A stretch of DNA of 64,000 bases. It comes from a bacterium. Lineage in GTDB: Bacteria > Bacillota_I > Bacilli_A > RF39 > UBA660. The notes below the pieces were generated by a model that was not told the DNA's origin, made no database searches, and saw nothing but the letters and a program-made list of their open reading frames with translations. A program made the translations under genes and the position numbers. The stretch is from NCBI GenBank assembly GCA_963641945.1, contig CAVIDW010000001.1, positions 31,136-95,135 on the forward strand. The letters run 5' to 3'. Numbering within the stretch: position 1 is the first letter of the stretch; every line of letters begins with the position of its first letter. This document shows positions 40,163 through 50,206 of the stretch, piece after piece.

Positions 40163-42025
40163 ATGACATTTGGGATAATATTTACAATAGGTAGTTTACT
40201 ATTTTTAATAGCATTAATGATTACTTATTTTTCTAAAGTCACATTTAATCAAATATCTAATCAATTATACAGATTAACATTAATTTTATCTCTTGCATTT
40301 GGCCTTAGTGAGATTTGCAGTATACTTTTATTAAAGTATGTTAATATAGACATAGTGACACATATTACATTTAAATTGCACTGGACAATTGGATTATTAA
40401 TGTATTTGGTATTCTTTATTTATTTGTTCTCTTTAGTATATAAATATAATAATAACAATATAATTGATTTAGTAAAAAAAGAAAAAATTATATCTGTTAT
40501 AACTGCAATATTTATGGGATTGTCAGTTGTATATTGGTTCTTACCATTTAACGGACTGGATATTAATAATTTAACTTTCTTTCCAAGTAAATTGGGAATG
40601 ATTGTGATTCCTGTTGCATTCTTTATTATATGTTTTCTATTAGTTATAATTTATATTCAAAGAAGAAAAGATTTACAAAAAAATATAGGATTAATTGTAT
40701 TTTTTAATTTAGGAGTAGCTGTTATATCATTTGTTTTACAAGTATTATTTAATTATGTTTCATTTTTGCCTTTAGGTGCTGTTGTTGATCTTTTATTTGC
40801 ATATTATTTTTTAGAAAATCCAGATTTACAATTATTAAGTCAATTATTATCTGTCAGAGGTGAAATAGAAAAATCAAATAAAACCAAAACTGATTTCTTA
40901 AGTAATATGACTTATGAAATTAAAATACCAATGAATTCTATTTCGAGTATAAGCGATGCATTATTTAGTTCTCCAACATTTGATGAAAAGTCTGTTAGAG
41001 AAGATATTCAACAAATATATGATGCAGGTACTAACTTAGTAGAAATAGTTAATAATATTCTTGATATATCTAAGATTGAAACTGGCAAAGATTCACTTCA
41101 AGAAAGAGATTATGCTATTAATGATATGGTTGTTGAAGTAACTAATATGATTAAATCTAAATTAGGTGCTAAACCAGTACAATTAATTGTTAATATTGAT
41201 CAAAACATTTCTTCTAAATTAAATGGCGATTCTGCAAAGCTTTATCAATCAATTTTAAATATTATGACTAATTCAGTTAAATACACTGATGTTGGTAAAA
41301 TAACATTAACATTAACAAGTTCTAAAACAAATAATGTTGAAAATTTATTATTTAAAGTTTCAGATACTGGTTCTGGTATTAAACAAGAAGATTATGATAA
41401 ATTATTTACTAAATTTAGTAGACTTGATAATGCTGTTGAAAAAGAAATTGATGGTAGTGGACTTGGACTTGCAATTACTAAAAACTATGTAACTCTTATG
41501 GGTGGTAGAATTTGGTTTGAAAGTCAATATAGAGTTGGTACTACTTTCTATATTGAGGTTCCTCAAAAAATTGTTGATCCTAAACCAATTAGTGAAGCTA
41601 TTAAGGAAGTTAAAAAACCTAAAGTTGATGAAAAGTTAGATTGTTCAGCATATACTGCATTTATTGTTGATGATAATAATCTTAATATTAAGGTTGCTAA
41701 AAGACTTCTTGAACAATATAAATTTAAGGTTGAAAGTGTTACTAATGGAAAAGATTGTATTTATAAGGTTAAAGAAGGTATTCAATATGACATTATATTT
41801 ATGGACCATATGATGCCTGAAATGGATGGTATTGAAACTTTACATGTATTAAAAAAATTAGATGGATATAAGTTACCTCCAATTATTGCATTAACTGCTA
41901 ATGCTATTACTGGTATGAAAGAAATGTACTTGAATGAGGGTTTTGATGAATATCTTTCTAAACCAATTAATACTAATGAATTAGATAGAATCTTAAATAA
42001 GTATTTTAATAAAGATGCTCAATAA
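40163..42025 (+). CDS. paralogous hybrid kinase-like protein whose H-box lacks the phospho-accepting His (NMTYEIKIPMN)
   Basis: 620 aa with the same architecture as the upstream kinase. HATPase N/G boxes (NSVKYTDVG, DTGSGI, GSGLGLA) and the REC Asp ([11 protein letters not shown]) are intact. The HisKA His is Tyr and RTP is KIP. Confidence 0.8.
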   Translation: MTFGIIFTIGSLLFLIALMITYFSKVTFNQISNQLYRLTLILSLAFGLSEICSILLLKYVNIDIVTHITFKLHWTIGLLMYLVFFIYLFSLVYKYNNNNIIDLVKKEKIISVITAIFMGLSVVYWFLPFNGLDINNLTFFPSKLGMIVIPVAFFIICFLLVIIYIQRRKDLQKNIGLIVFFNLGVAVISFVLQVLFNYVSFLPLGAVVDLLFAYYFLENPDLQLLSQLLSVRGEIEKSNKTKTDFLSNMTYEIKIPMNSISSISDALFSSPTFDEKSVREDIQQIYDAGTNLVEIVNNILDISKIETGKDSLQERDYAINDMVVEVTNMIKSKLGAKPVQLIVNIDQNISSKLNGDSAKLYQSILNIMTNSVKYTDVGKITLTLTSSKTNNVENLLFKVSDTGSGIKQEDYDKLFTKFSRLDNAVEKEIDGSGLGLAITKNYVTLMGGRIWFESQYRVGTTFYIEVPQKIVDPKPISEAIKEVKKPKVDEKLDCSAYTAFIVDDNNLNIKVAKRLLEQYKFKVESVTNGKDCIYKVKEGIQYDIIFMDHMMPEMDGIETLHVLKKLDGYKLPPIIALTANAITGMKEMYLNEGFDEYLSKPINTNELDRILNKYFNKDAQ

Positions 42026-42037
42026 TGAGCATTTTTT
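42015..42037 (+). terminator. rho-independent terminator after the second hybrid kinase
   Basis: Perfect 7-bp stem ATGCTCA/TGAGCAT with loop ATAA (contains the stop codon), then T5. Confidence 0.65.
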
Positions 42038-42081
42038 ATGCATAAATTTATTTTATTTTAATAATATGAAATAGGGGTTTT

Positions 42082-42828
42082 ATGATTAAAATATGTGATT
42101 ATGTAACTAGAAATAAATATAATAATGATATTTTATTTAAAGTAAAAAAAATAGTAAATAATAAAGTTATTTTGAGTGGTGTTAATTTAAGACTTTATGC
42201 TGATGCTGATATTAATGATTTAAGAAAAAGTGGAGTTAAAATAGAAAATATTAAGTATGAAGAAAATAATTTAGATAGGAGTAATTATTATTATATTCCT
42301 GGTGTTATTTTACATTTAGATACTGATACTGATTATTTAAAAAAATGCATGAATTATTATAAATCTAAAAATATTAAATGCTATGGGTACGTATTTGAAG
42401 TTAGTGAATTTAGTAAAAAAATAAATGAGTTAATCGATAAGCATAATCCTAACGTTATTGTTATTACAGGTCATGATGCTTATTATAAGAAAACTAATAA
42501 GTATAAAAATAGTAATTATTTTATTGATACTATTAAGTCTATTAGAATAAATATTAGATTGCATGAAGAAACAGCAATAGTTGCTGGTGCTTGTCAAAGT
42601 GATTATGTAGGTTTAATAAAAGCAGGTTCTTCTTTTGCATCTAGTCCTAATCATATAAATATTCATGTGTTAGATCCTGCTATTGTAGCTTCTGAAATTG
42701 CTTTGAGTGATATTAATTACCCATTAGATGTTATGAATATTCTTTCTAAAACTAATTGTAAGAAAGAGGGATTTGGTGGTTTAAAAATAAGAGGTATGAT
42801 GATTTGTGGTTATCCAAGAAAGGAATAA
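42082..42828 (+). CDS. yabG: sporulation-specific protease YabG (peptidase U57)
   Basis: Blocks VIVITGHDAYYKK, AGACQSDY..IKAGSSFASSP..INIHVLDP and GGLKIRG match B. subtilis YabG. Conserved position after rsmA and before veg. Confidence 0.8.
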   Translation: MIKICDYVTRNKYNNDILFKVKKIVNNKVILSGVNLRLYADADINDLRKSGVKIENIKYEENNLDRSNYYYIPGVILHLDTDTDYLKKCMNYYKSKNIKCYGYVFEVSEFSKKINELIDKHNPNVIVITGHDAYYKKTNKYKNSNYFIDTIKSIRINIRLHEETAIVAGACQSDYVGLIKAGSSFASSPNHINIHVLDPAIVASEIALSDINYPLDVMNILSKTNCKKEGFGGLKIRGMMICGYPRKE

Positions 42829-42830
42829 AA

Positions 42831-43046
42831 TTGAATATAGATAAAATTAAAAATCATGTTAAGAAATTGGTTGGTTTAAAATTAAAAATCAAAGTTTATT
42901 TAGGAAGAAATAAGTATTTGTATTATGATGGATATATTGAAAAAATTCATAATAATATTTTTACTGTTAATACAAGTAAAGGTATTAAGTCCTTTACATA
43001 TTCAGATATAGCTACAAAAGCTGTAATTATAAGTAAATTTGATTAA
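42831..43046 (+). CDS. veg: Veg-like small protein
   Basis: About 71 aa from the TTG at 42831; RBS AGAAAGGAA precedes it. Lys/Ile-rich. Conserved position after yabG. Confidence 0.55.
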   Translation: MNIDKIKNHVKKLVGLKLKIKVYLGRNKYLYYDGYIEKIHNNIFTVNTSKGIKSFTYSDIATKAVIISKFD

Positions 43047-43109
43047 AATTGTTGCTATTCAAAAAATTATGTATTATAATTAAGTTAGCTAATTATTAAG
43101 GAGGAACTC

Positions 43110-43391
43110 ATGGAAATTACATCAGTTAAAGTTTTTAAAGACGATAGAGGAGTAAATCGTATGAAAGGAAAAGCATCAGTTGTTATTGATGATGCTATTG
43201 CTATTCATGATATAAGAATCATTGAAGGTGATAAGGGATTATTTATCGCAATGCCTAGCAGAAAAACTCCAGTAGGTGAATATAAGGATATTGTTCATCC
43301 AATCAATAAAGAAGTAAGAGCAATATTTGAAAAAACTATTCTTGACAAATATAATGAAATTGATACTAATACAGAAGTTGAAAACGAATAA
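43110..43391 (+). CDS. spoVG: septation/sporulation regulator SpoVG
   Basis: 93 aa. MEITSVKV...DIRIIEGDKGLFIAMPSRKTPVGEYKDIVHPINKEVR is a near-canonical SpoVG. Confidence 0.9.
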   Translation: MEITSVKVFKDDRGVNRMKGKASVVIDDAIAIHDIRIIEGDKGLFIAMPSRKTPVGEYKDIVHPINKEVRAIFEKTILDKYNEIDTNTEVENE

Positions 43392-43404
43392 ACTTTTATA
43401 AATT

Positions 43405-43430
43405 AAATTCCATTTATTTGGAATTTTTTT
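43405..43430 (+). terminator. rho-independent terminator after spoVG
   Basis: Stem AATTCCA/TGGAATT, 6-nt loop, T-run. Confidence 0.6.
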
Positions 43431-43463
43431 TATGATATAATATATATAATATTGGAGGTAAAT

Positions 43464-44084
43464 ATGGAAGAACGAAATCTTAAAAAAAGTAATAATTCTT
43501 TATTTATAATGTTTATATTTTTTTTAATTATATTTGGATTTATATTTTTTTATTTTAAAATTTTTTATAATAATGATGATGGTGGTGAATGTCCTAGTGA
43601 AAATAAATCTATTAGTAACATTAAAGAAGAAGATAGTATTTCATGGTATGATTTAAATTCAATATTTTATATTGAAAAATTAGATAATATTCTTGGGAAA
43701 GAAAACAAAACTGGTTTTTTAAAATATAAAGATAATTATGTATTAAATCCTAGTGGTAACAAAATTAATCCATTAATGATGCTAATAGGCGATAAAGATG
43801 GTGAATCTTATGGAAAAATGTATATATTTGATAATGATAGAAATATTTATACTATTAACTTGGATGATATTATTAATGAAAATGAAAAAATAGAAACTTC
43901 AAAATATAATGGTAAAGATATTATTGATTTATCTTTTACAACTAATTATTCAGTGCCTACAATTAAAGATTTGAAAGATTATTATTTTGATAATTATCAA
44001 GTAAAAGTTATTTATTCAAATAATAAAGAAGAAATATTTGAAGGTAAAAATATTTTATCTGGAACAGTATTAGATTTTGATTAG
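43464..44084 (+). CDS. hypothetical membrane-anchored protein
   Basis: One N-terminal TM helix (LFIMFIFFLIIFGFIFFYF), then a hydrophilic domain with no motifs. Start taken at MEERNLKK. Confidence 0.45.
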   Translation: MEERNLKKSNNSLFIMFIFFLIIFGFIFFYFKIFYNNDDGGECPSENKSISNIKEEDSISWYDLNSIFYIEKLDNILGKENKTGFLKYKDNYVLNPSGNKINPLMMLIGDKDGESYGKMYIFDNDRNIYTINLDDIINENEKIETSKYNGKDIIDLSFTTNYSVPTIKDLKDYYFDNYQVKVIYSNNKEEIFEGKNILSGTVLDFD

Positions 44085-44139
44085 ACACATTTGTGTCTTT
44101 TTTTACTCCTTTAATCATATATTTTGATAGGAGGGTATA

Positions 44140-44430
44140 ATGGAGAAATCTAAAGAATTATGTGATGGTTCTAACCATATTATTACTATTAATGAAAGAA
44201 AAAATATTATATTGACTGGTATAAAAAAACTTAATAGTTTTGATGATAAAGAGTTTTTCGTTGATAGTATAATTGGGCCAATATTAATTAAAGGAGAAAT
44301 ACTAGAATTAATTAAAATGGATACATTTCAAGGAAACTTATCTATTAAAGGTAAAATATATTCAGTGAACTATTTAGAAGAAAGTGGAAAGAACAAAACT
44401 GATCATATTATGGCCAGGTTATTTAAATGA
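44140..44430 (+). CDS. yabP: sporulation protein YabP
   Basis: 96 aa, beta-rich. Synteny after spoVT and overlap with the following yabQ-like gene. Confidence 0.7.
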   Translation: MEKSKELCDGSNHIITINERKNIILTGIKKLNSFDDKEFFVDSIIGPILIKGEILELIKMDTFQGNLSIKGKIYSVNYLEESGKNKTDHIMARLFK

Positions 44431-44705
44431 TTACATTAAGAATACAAATATTATCATTTGTTTTTTCTTTTTTATATGGTGGAATTGTAAATTTCTTTTT
44501 AAAACTTTGTAAAAAATATCTATATTGTAATAATTTTGTGTATAAATTTTTAAATTCTTTATTGTTTATGATTGATATTATTTTGATATATTTTAAATTT
44601 TTTTTAATAATAAGTGATGGTTATATAAGTAATTACTTTGTTGCTATAAGTATTGTTACTTTTTTCTTATTTGATAAAATATTTACAGAAAAAAATGTCA
44701 ACTAA
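44427..44705 (+). CDS. yabQ: spore cortex membrane protein YabQ-like
   Basis: 92 aa, about three TM helices. 4-nt overlap with yabP. Confidence 0.55.
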   Translation: MITLRIQILSFVFSFLYGGIVNFFLKLCKKYLYCNNFVYKFLNSLLFMIDIILIYFKFFLIISDGYISNYFVAISIVTFFLFDKIFTEKNVN

Positions 44706-44768
44706 AGTAGAAGCAATTGTAATTAAATTACTTAAAGTATATAATTATTTTAGGAATAAAGGGTTGTT

Positions 44769-45059
44769 ATGAAAAAAATTAGCAATAAGGCAAAATTTAG
44801 AGTGATTTTTTTGACATTAGGTTGTATAATAACTAGTGTAATTTTTGTCTCTACTCTTGTTTCCCTTAACTTGCAAATTGAAAAGACTAAGAATGAAATA
44901 AAGGAACTTGAAGTTTCTTATAGTGATAAATTAGAAGAAGAGGAAAATTTAAAAGAGGAGATTACTAGATTACAAGATTCAGAGTATATGGCTAAATATG
45001 CTCGCGAAAAGTATTTATATTCTAAAGATAATGAAATCATATTAAAAATTGAAGAATGA
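44769..45059 (+). CDS. divIC: septum formation initiator DivIC/FtsB family
   Basis: 96 aa. A single TM helix then a coiled coil (QIEKTKNEIKELEV...). Confidence 0.65.
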   Translation: MKKISNKAKFRVIFLTLGCIITSVIFVSTLVSLNLQIEKTKNEIKELEVSYSDKLEEEENLKEEITRLQDSEYMAKYAREKYLYSKDNEIILKIEE

Positions 45060-45071
45060 GAAAGGCTTGAT

Positions 45072-46397
45072 ATGGAAGAAGTATATAATTTTATTAAGAA
45101 TAAAATAGGCTTAGAACCAAATGATACGATTGTTGTTGGTGTTTCTGGTGGTCCTGACTCTATGGCATTATTATATATTTTAAATGAGTTTAAAAAGAAA
45201 TTAGATTTAAAGATAGTTTGTGCTCATGTTAATCATAATAAAAGAATTGAAAGTGAACAAGAAAAAATTGATTTAGAAAATTATTGCAAAGTCAATAATA
45301 TTATTTTTGAGTATATTAAAATAACAAAATGGGGAGACGATAATTTTCATAATGAAGCAAGAAGTGTTAGATATAATTTTTTTGAAGAATTAGTTATGAA
45401 TTATGGTGCAAAATATTTAATGACAGCTCATCAAGGAGACGATTTAATAGAAACAATATTAATGAGAATTGTTAGAGGTTCTACATTAAAAGGTTATAGT
45501 GGTTTTAGTAGAATAGTCGATAAAGGAACATATAAGATAGTTAGACCACTTATTACAGTTACTAAAGATGAAATAATGGAATTTGATAAAGTTAATGGTA
45601 TAAAATATGCGATTGATCAATCAAATAATGAAGATCATTATACTAGAAATAGATATAGACATACTGTACTACCTTTTTTAAAACATGAAGATCCTAAAGT
45701 ACATAAAAAGTTCTTAAAGTATAGTGAAATATTACTTGAATATAGTGATTATGTAGATAAAGAAGCAAATAAAGTATTTAATAAAGTATTTATTAATGGA
45801 AATCTTGATATAGATAAATTTAATGAATTAGATAATATTATACAAACTAAGATTATTTATACGATACTTGAAAAAATATATGGTGATGACTTATTAATAA
45901 TAGGTGCTGTTCATGTAGAGTTAATATTTGATTTAATAAAGAGTAATAAGTCAAATAGTATTGTTCATTTACCTAATAATGTTATAGTTATAAAGTCTTA
46001 TAATGAATTAAGTTTTAGTTTTGATGATGATGAATCTAGTGAATATGAAATAGAAATTGATGATAGAGTTAATTTACCTAATGGTAAAATAATAGAAATA
46101 GTTGATGAATGTATTGATACTACAAATTATACTATTAGATTAAATAGTAATGAAGTTAAGTTACCTTTGTATGTTAGAAATAGAAAAGATGGAGACAGAG
46201 TAGAAGTTAAGGGGCTTAATGGTACAAAAAAAGTAAAAGATATTTTTATTGATGAAAAAATAAAGATAAGTGATAGAGATTCTTGGCCAGTTGTATTAGA
46301 CTCTACAGATAAAATTGTATGGATACCTGGATTAAAGAAGTCAAATCTTGACAAGAAAATTACTGAAGAGTATGATATAATAATGAAATATTATTAG
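45072..46397 (+). CDS. tilS: tRNA(Ile)-lysidine synthetase
   Basis: 441 aa. PP-loop VGVSGGPDSMALL. Confidence 0.85.
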   Translation: MEEVYNFIKNKIGLEPNDTIVVGVSGGPDSMALLYILNEFKKKLDLKIVCAHVNHNKRIESEQEKIDLENYCKVNNIIFEYIKITKWGDDNFHNEARSVRYNFFEELVMNYGAKYLMTAHQGDDLIETILMRIVRGSTLKGYSGFSRIVDKGTYKIVRPLITVTKDEIMEFDKVNGIKYAIDQSNNEDHYTRNRYRHTVLPFLKHEDPKVHKKFLKYSEILLEYSDYVDKEANKVFNKVFINGNLDIDKFNELDNIIQTKIIYTILEKIYGDDLLIIGAVHVELIFDLIKSNKSNSIVHLPNNVIVIKSYNELSFSFDDDESSEYEIEIDDRVNLPNGKIIEIVDECIDTTNYTIRLNSNEVKLPLYVRNRKDGDRVEVKGLNGTKKVKDIFIDEKIKISDRDSWPVVLDSTDKIVWIPGLKKSNLDKKITEEYDIIMKYY

Positions 46398-46411
46398 AAA
46401 GGAAATGAGAA

Positions 46412-48328
46412 ATGAATATAAAAAGAAACAAAAGAAATATTAGTTTTATGCCTTATATTTTGCTAGTTGTTGTAATTGTGTGTTCTTATTTGTTTTTAAA
46501 TACTTTAGGAACAAAAGTTAATACTTTAAATTATACAGAACTAGTTGGTCAAATAAATGATGGTAATGTTACAGAGATAGCAGTAACCCCTAGAAGTGCT
46601 TCTGGAGTATATGTAATTACTGGTAAATTAAGTAGTTATTCTAAAGGAGAAACATTTAGTGTTACAGTACCATATACTGATACAGTTATTTCTTCATTAT
46701 ATGAAACTGCTGAAAGTAAAAATTTGAAAGTTGAAACAAATACTAATCCTGATAATGCTACTTGGTTAAATATATTAATTAATGTTGTGCCTATTGTGAT
46801 ATTTGGCGTATTAATATATGTAATGTTTATTAAACTTGGAAATAATGGTAAAGGAACATTTGATTTTGGTAAGAGTAAAGCTAAACTTGCTGAAGAAGGA
46901 AATAATCGTAAAACATTTAAGGATGTTGCTGGACTAAAGGAAGAAAAAGAAGAAGTTCAAGAACTTATTGATTTTTTAAAAAATCCAAAGAAATTTACTA
47001 AAATGGGTGCTAGAATTCCTAAAGGAGTATTATTAGTTGGTCCTCCAGGAACAGGTAAAACATTATTAGCTAAAGCTATTGCTGGTGAAGCAAAAGTTCC
47101 GTTCTTCTTTATAAGTGGTTCTGATTTTGTTGAACTATTTGTAGGTGTTGGTGCTTCACGTGTTAGAGATATGTTTAAACAAGCTAAACAAACTGCTCCT
47201 TGCCTTATATTTATTGATGAAATTGATGCTGTTGGACGCCAAAGGGGTACTGGTTTAGGTGGAGGACACGATGAAAGAGAGCAAACATTAAATCAATTAC
47301 TAACTGAAATGGATGGTTTTGGAGAAAATGAGGGTATTATTATCTTGGCAGCTACTAACAGGCCTGATGTATTAGATCCAGCTTTACTTCGCCCTGGAAG
47401 ATTTGATAGACAAGTTACTGTAAGTAATCCTGATGTAAGTGAAAGAGAAGAAATATTAAAAGTTCATGCTAAAAATAAAATATTAGATGAAACTGTTAAC
47501 TTAAAGAATTTAGCAGAAAGAACTCCGGGATATTCTGGTGCCGATTTAGAAAACTTATTAAATGAAGCAGCTTTATTAGCAGTTAGAAGAAATAAAAATG
47601 CTATATCAATGGAAGAAATTGATGAAGCAAGTGATAGAGTTTTAATGGGGCCTGCAAAAACGAGTAGAAAAGTTACTGACTATGAAAAAAGAATTGTTGC
47701 TTATCATGAAGCAGGACATGCTGTGTCTGGAATAGTACTTCCAAATGGAGAAGAAGTTCATAAGATTACAATCATACCACGTGGTATGGCTGGTGGGTAT
47801 ACTCAAATGTTACCTAAAGAAGAAAGAACTCTTGTATATACTAAAAAAGAATTGGAAGAACAAATTATTACATTATTATCTGGTAGAGCAAGTGAAGAAA
47901 CTTATATGAACGAAATTTCTACTGGTGCTAGTGATGACTTAAAGAGAGCTACTAAAATTGCTAGAAGTATGGTTACTGAATATGGTATGAGTTCTCTTGG
48001 GCCTATGCAATATGAACATAGAAGTGAAAGTGTGTTTTTAGGTAGAGATTACAATAAAACAAAAGATTTCTCTGATCAAGTAGCATTACAAATAGATCAA
48101 GAAGTTAAGAAAATTATTGATAGTTGTTATAGTAAAGCTAAAGATATTGTTTCTAAAGAAAAGAAATTAATAGATGTATTAGCTCAAACATTAATTACTA
48201 AAGAGACACTTACTAAAGAAGAAATTGAAAAAATTGTTTCTGAAAATAGTAAATACAAATTTGATAATGATGATGTAATTGAATCTAAAAAAAGTAAAAA
48301 AAATCAAGAAGAAAAGATTACTGAATAA
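46412..48328 (+). CDS. ftsH: ATP-dependent zinc metalloprotease FtsH
   Basis: 638 aa. Two TM helices, AAA+ ([11 protein letters not shown]), HEAGH zinc motif. Confidence 0.96.
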   Translation: MNIKRNKRNISFMPYILLVVVIVCSYLFLNTLGTKVNTLNYTELVGQINDGNVTEIAVTPRSASGVYVITGKLSSYSKGETFSVTVPYTDTVISSLYETAESKNLKVETNTNPDNATWLNILINVVPIVIFGVLIYVMFIKLGNNGKGTFDFGKSKAKLAEEGNNRKTFKDVAGLKEEKEEVQELIDFLKNPKKFTKMGARIPKGVLLVGPPGTGKTLLAKAIAGEAKVPFFFISGSDFVELFVGVGASRVRDMFKQAKQTAPCLIFIDEIDAVGRQRGTGLGGGHDEREQTLNQLLTEMDGFGENEGIIILAATNRPDVLDPALLRPGRFDRQVTVSNPDVSEREEILKVHAKNKILDETVNLKNLAERTPGYSGADLENLLNEAALLAVRRNKNAISMEEIDEASDRVLMGPAKTSRKVTDYEKRIVAYHEAGHAVSGIVLPNGEEVHKITIIPRGMAGGYTQMLPKEERTLVYTKKELEEQIITLLSGRASEETYMNEISTGASDDLKRATKIARSMVTEYGMSSLGPMQYEHRSESVFLGRDYNKTKDFSDQVALQIDQEVKKIIDSCYSKAKDIVSKEKKLIDVLAQTLITKETLTKEEIEKIVSENSKYKFDNDDVIESKKSKKNQEEKITE

Positions 48329-48356
48329 GTAGTCTTTTTTGATAAAAAGGATATTT

Positions 48357-49253
48357 ATGAAAGAAAAAACGTTATTAATATTAGCTGCTGGTCTTGGTAG
48401 TAGATATGGTGGATGTAAACAATTAGATGGATTTGGTCCTAATAATGAGTTTATTATGGATTATTCTATTTATGATGCTATAGAAAGTGGATTTACGAAA
48501 GTAGTATTTTTGATTAAAAGAGATATGTTGGAAACAATAGAAAATACTATTGCTAAAAGAATTAAAAATAAAATTAAAGTAGAATATGCATTTCAGGAAT
48601 TGAATAATATTCCAGATGATGTGATTATTCCAAAAGATAGAATTAAACCATGGGGTACTGCACATGCAATATATTGTTGTAAAAATGTAATACATGAACC
48701 ATTTGTTATAATTAATGCTGATGATTTTTATGGAAGAGAATCATATAAAAAAATTAGTAAATATTTAGATTGTATGAAACCAAATTGTATTGGAATAGTT
48801 GGCTATAAATCTAAAAACACTATGAGTGAACTTGGCTCTGTTAAAAGAGGAGTTTGTACGGTAAAAAATAATAAAGTTGAAGATATAGTTGAAAGTGAAT
48901 TAAGATATACTGATGGAAAAATAGAAGCAAGACCTTTAAATGAATCTGAATTTCATTTAATTGATGACGATACATTAGTATCAATGAATATGATAGTTTT
49001 TGATTATAGTTTCTTAAAATATATTGATGATAATGTTAAAGAGTTTTTTGAAAAATCAGATTTATCTAAAGATGAATTTTTGATTCCTACATTGATAAGA
49101 AAAAGTATTAATGATAAAACTTATACTTGTAACATTATTAATACTAATGCTAAATGGTGTGGAGTAACATATAAAGAAGATAAAGAACAATTAATAGAAT
49201 TTTTAAATAAATTATATGATGAAGGAGTTTATCCAAAAGATATGTGGAAATAA
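48357..49253 (+). CDS. sugar-phosphate nucleotidyltransferase-family protein (GlmU/RmlA-like N-domain), specificity unknown
   Basis: LILAAGLGSRYGG signature. Start taken at MKEKT, which has an RBS. Confidence 0.55.
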   Translation: MKEKTLLILAAGLGSRYGGCKQLDGFGPNNEFIMDYSIYDAIESGFTKVVFLIKRDMLETIENTIAKRIKNKIKVEYAFQELNNIPDDVIIPKDRIKPWGTAHAIYCCKNVIHEPFVIINADDFYGRESYKKISKYLDCMKPNCIGIVGYKSKNTMSELGSVKRGVCTVKNNKVEDIVESELRYTDGKIEARPLNESEFHLIDDDTLVSMNMIVFDYSFLKYIDDNVKEFFEKSDLSKDEFLIPTLIRKSINDKTYTCNIINTNAKWCGVTYKEDKEQLIEFLNKLYDEGVYPKDMWK

Positions 49254-49328
49254 GATTATATTAATCCTATTTTTAATTTACTTTATAGTTAAATAATGAT
49301 ATAATATGCACGAAAGAAAGGGATAATT

Positions 49329-49877
49329 ATGATATTATTTATAGATACTCATGATGAATTAATAACTGTTGGATTAAAAAATGGTGAAGAGTTATATTTA
49401 AAAACACAAGAAAGTGAATATAGTCATTCTATTTATACTATGCCTATGATTGAAAGCTTATTTAAAGATAATAACTTAAATGTAAATGATTTAAAGAAAA
49501 TTATAGTTGTAAATGGACCTGGAAGTTTTACTGGTATTAGAATAGGATTATCTATTGCTAAGACTATGGCTTATGCTTTAAATATAGATATAAATACTAT
49601 TTCTAGTTTGACTGCTTATTTAATTAGTAATAATAATGGTGAAAAAAGAAGAGCTGTTATTGAAGATAATAAAGGTTATTATATTAGTGTATTTGATGAA
49701 AATGATAATAATATAGTACCTGAATTCTATAGTGAGAATGATGAATATAGTGATTATAAAACTGTAGAAAGTAAGTTAGATGTTAATAAAATAATAGATT
49801 ATTTTGAAGGTATGAAATCTGAAAATCCTCATTTTGTTAAAGCAAATTATGTTAAGAAAATTGAGGTGGAAAAATGA
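49329..49877 (+). CDS. tsaB: tRNA threonylcarbamoyladenosine biosynthesis protein TsaB
   Basis: 182 aa. MILFIDTHDE...GPGSFTGIRIG. Confidence 0.85.
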   Translation: MILFIDTHDELITVGLKNGEELYLKTQESEYSHSIYTMPMIESLFKDNNLNVNDLKKIIVVNGPGSFTGIRIGLSIAKTMAYALNIDINTISSLTAYLISNNNGEKRRAVIEDNKGYYISVFDENDNNIVPEFYSENDEYSDYKTVESKLDVNKIIDYFEGMKSENPHFVKANYVKKIEVEK

Positions 49878-50206
49878 TAGAGAAAGAAATACTTAGTGAT
49901 ACTGATTCTATATATAATTATATGGATGGTGATAAAGTACTAGGATATTTAGAAATTAGATTGGTTGATGGTGTTCTTGATATAATGAATTTATTTGTTA
50001 ATGAAGAAGATAGAAGAAAAGGTATAGCTACTGAATTAATGAATAAGATGATTCAAGAAGAGAATTATAGTAGAATAATGTTAGAAGTTAATGAGAATAA
50101 TGATTCAGCTATTAGATTATATAATAAACTAGGATTTAAAGAGATTAGTTTAAGGGATAGATATTATGGTGAGGATACTGCTATAATTATGGAGAAGGTG
50201 AAATAA
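49874..50206 (+). CDS. rimI: GNAT acetyltransferase, RimI-like
   Basis: 110 aa. Acetyl-CoA motif (RRKGIATELM). Conserved position between tsaB and tsaD. Confidence 0.65.
   Translation: MIEKEILSDTDSIYNYMDGDKVLGYLEIRLVDGVLDIMNLFVNEEDRRKGIATELMNKMIQEENYSRIMLEVNENNDSAIRLYNKLGFKEISLRDRYYGEDTAIIMEKVK

Noticed and set aside
44084-44104. GACACATTTGTGTC palindrome as a regulatory operator
   Set aside because: It is followed by a T7 run and lies directly after a stop codon. It is more simply a weak intrinsic terminator with a 2-nt loop.
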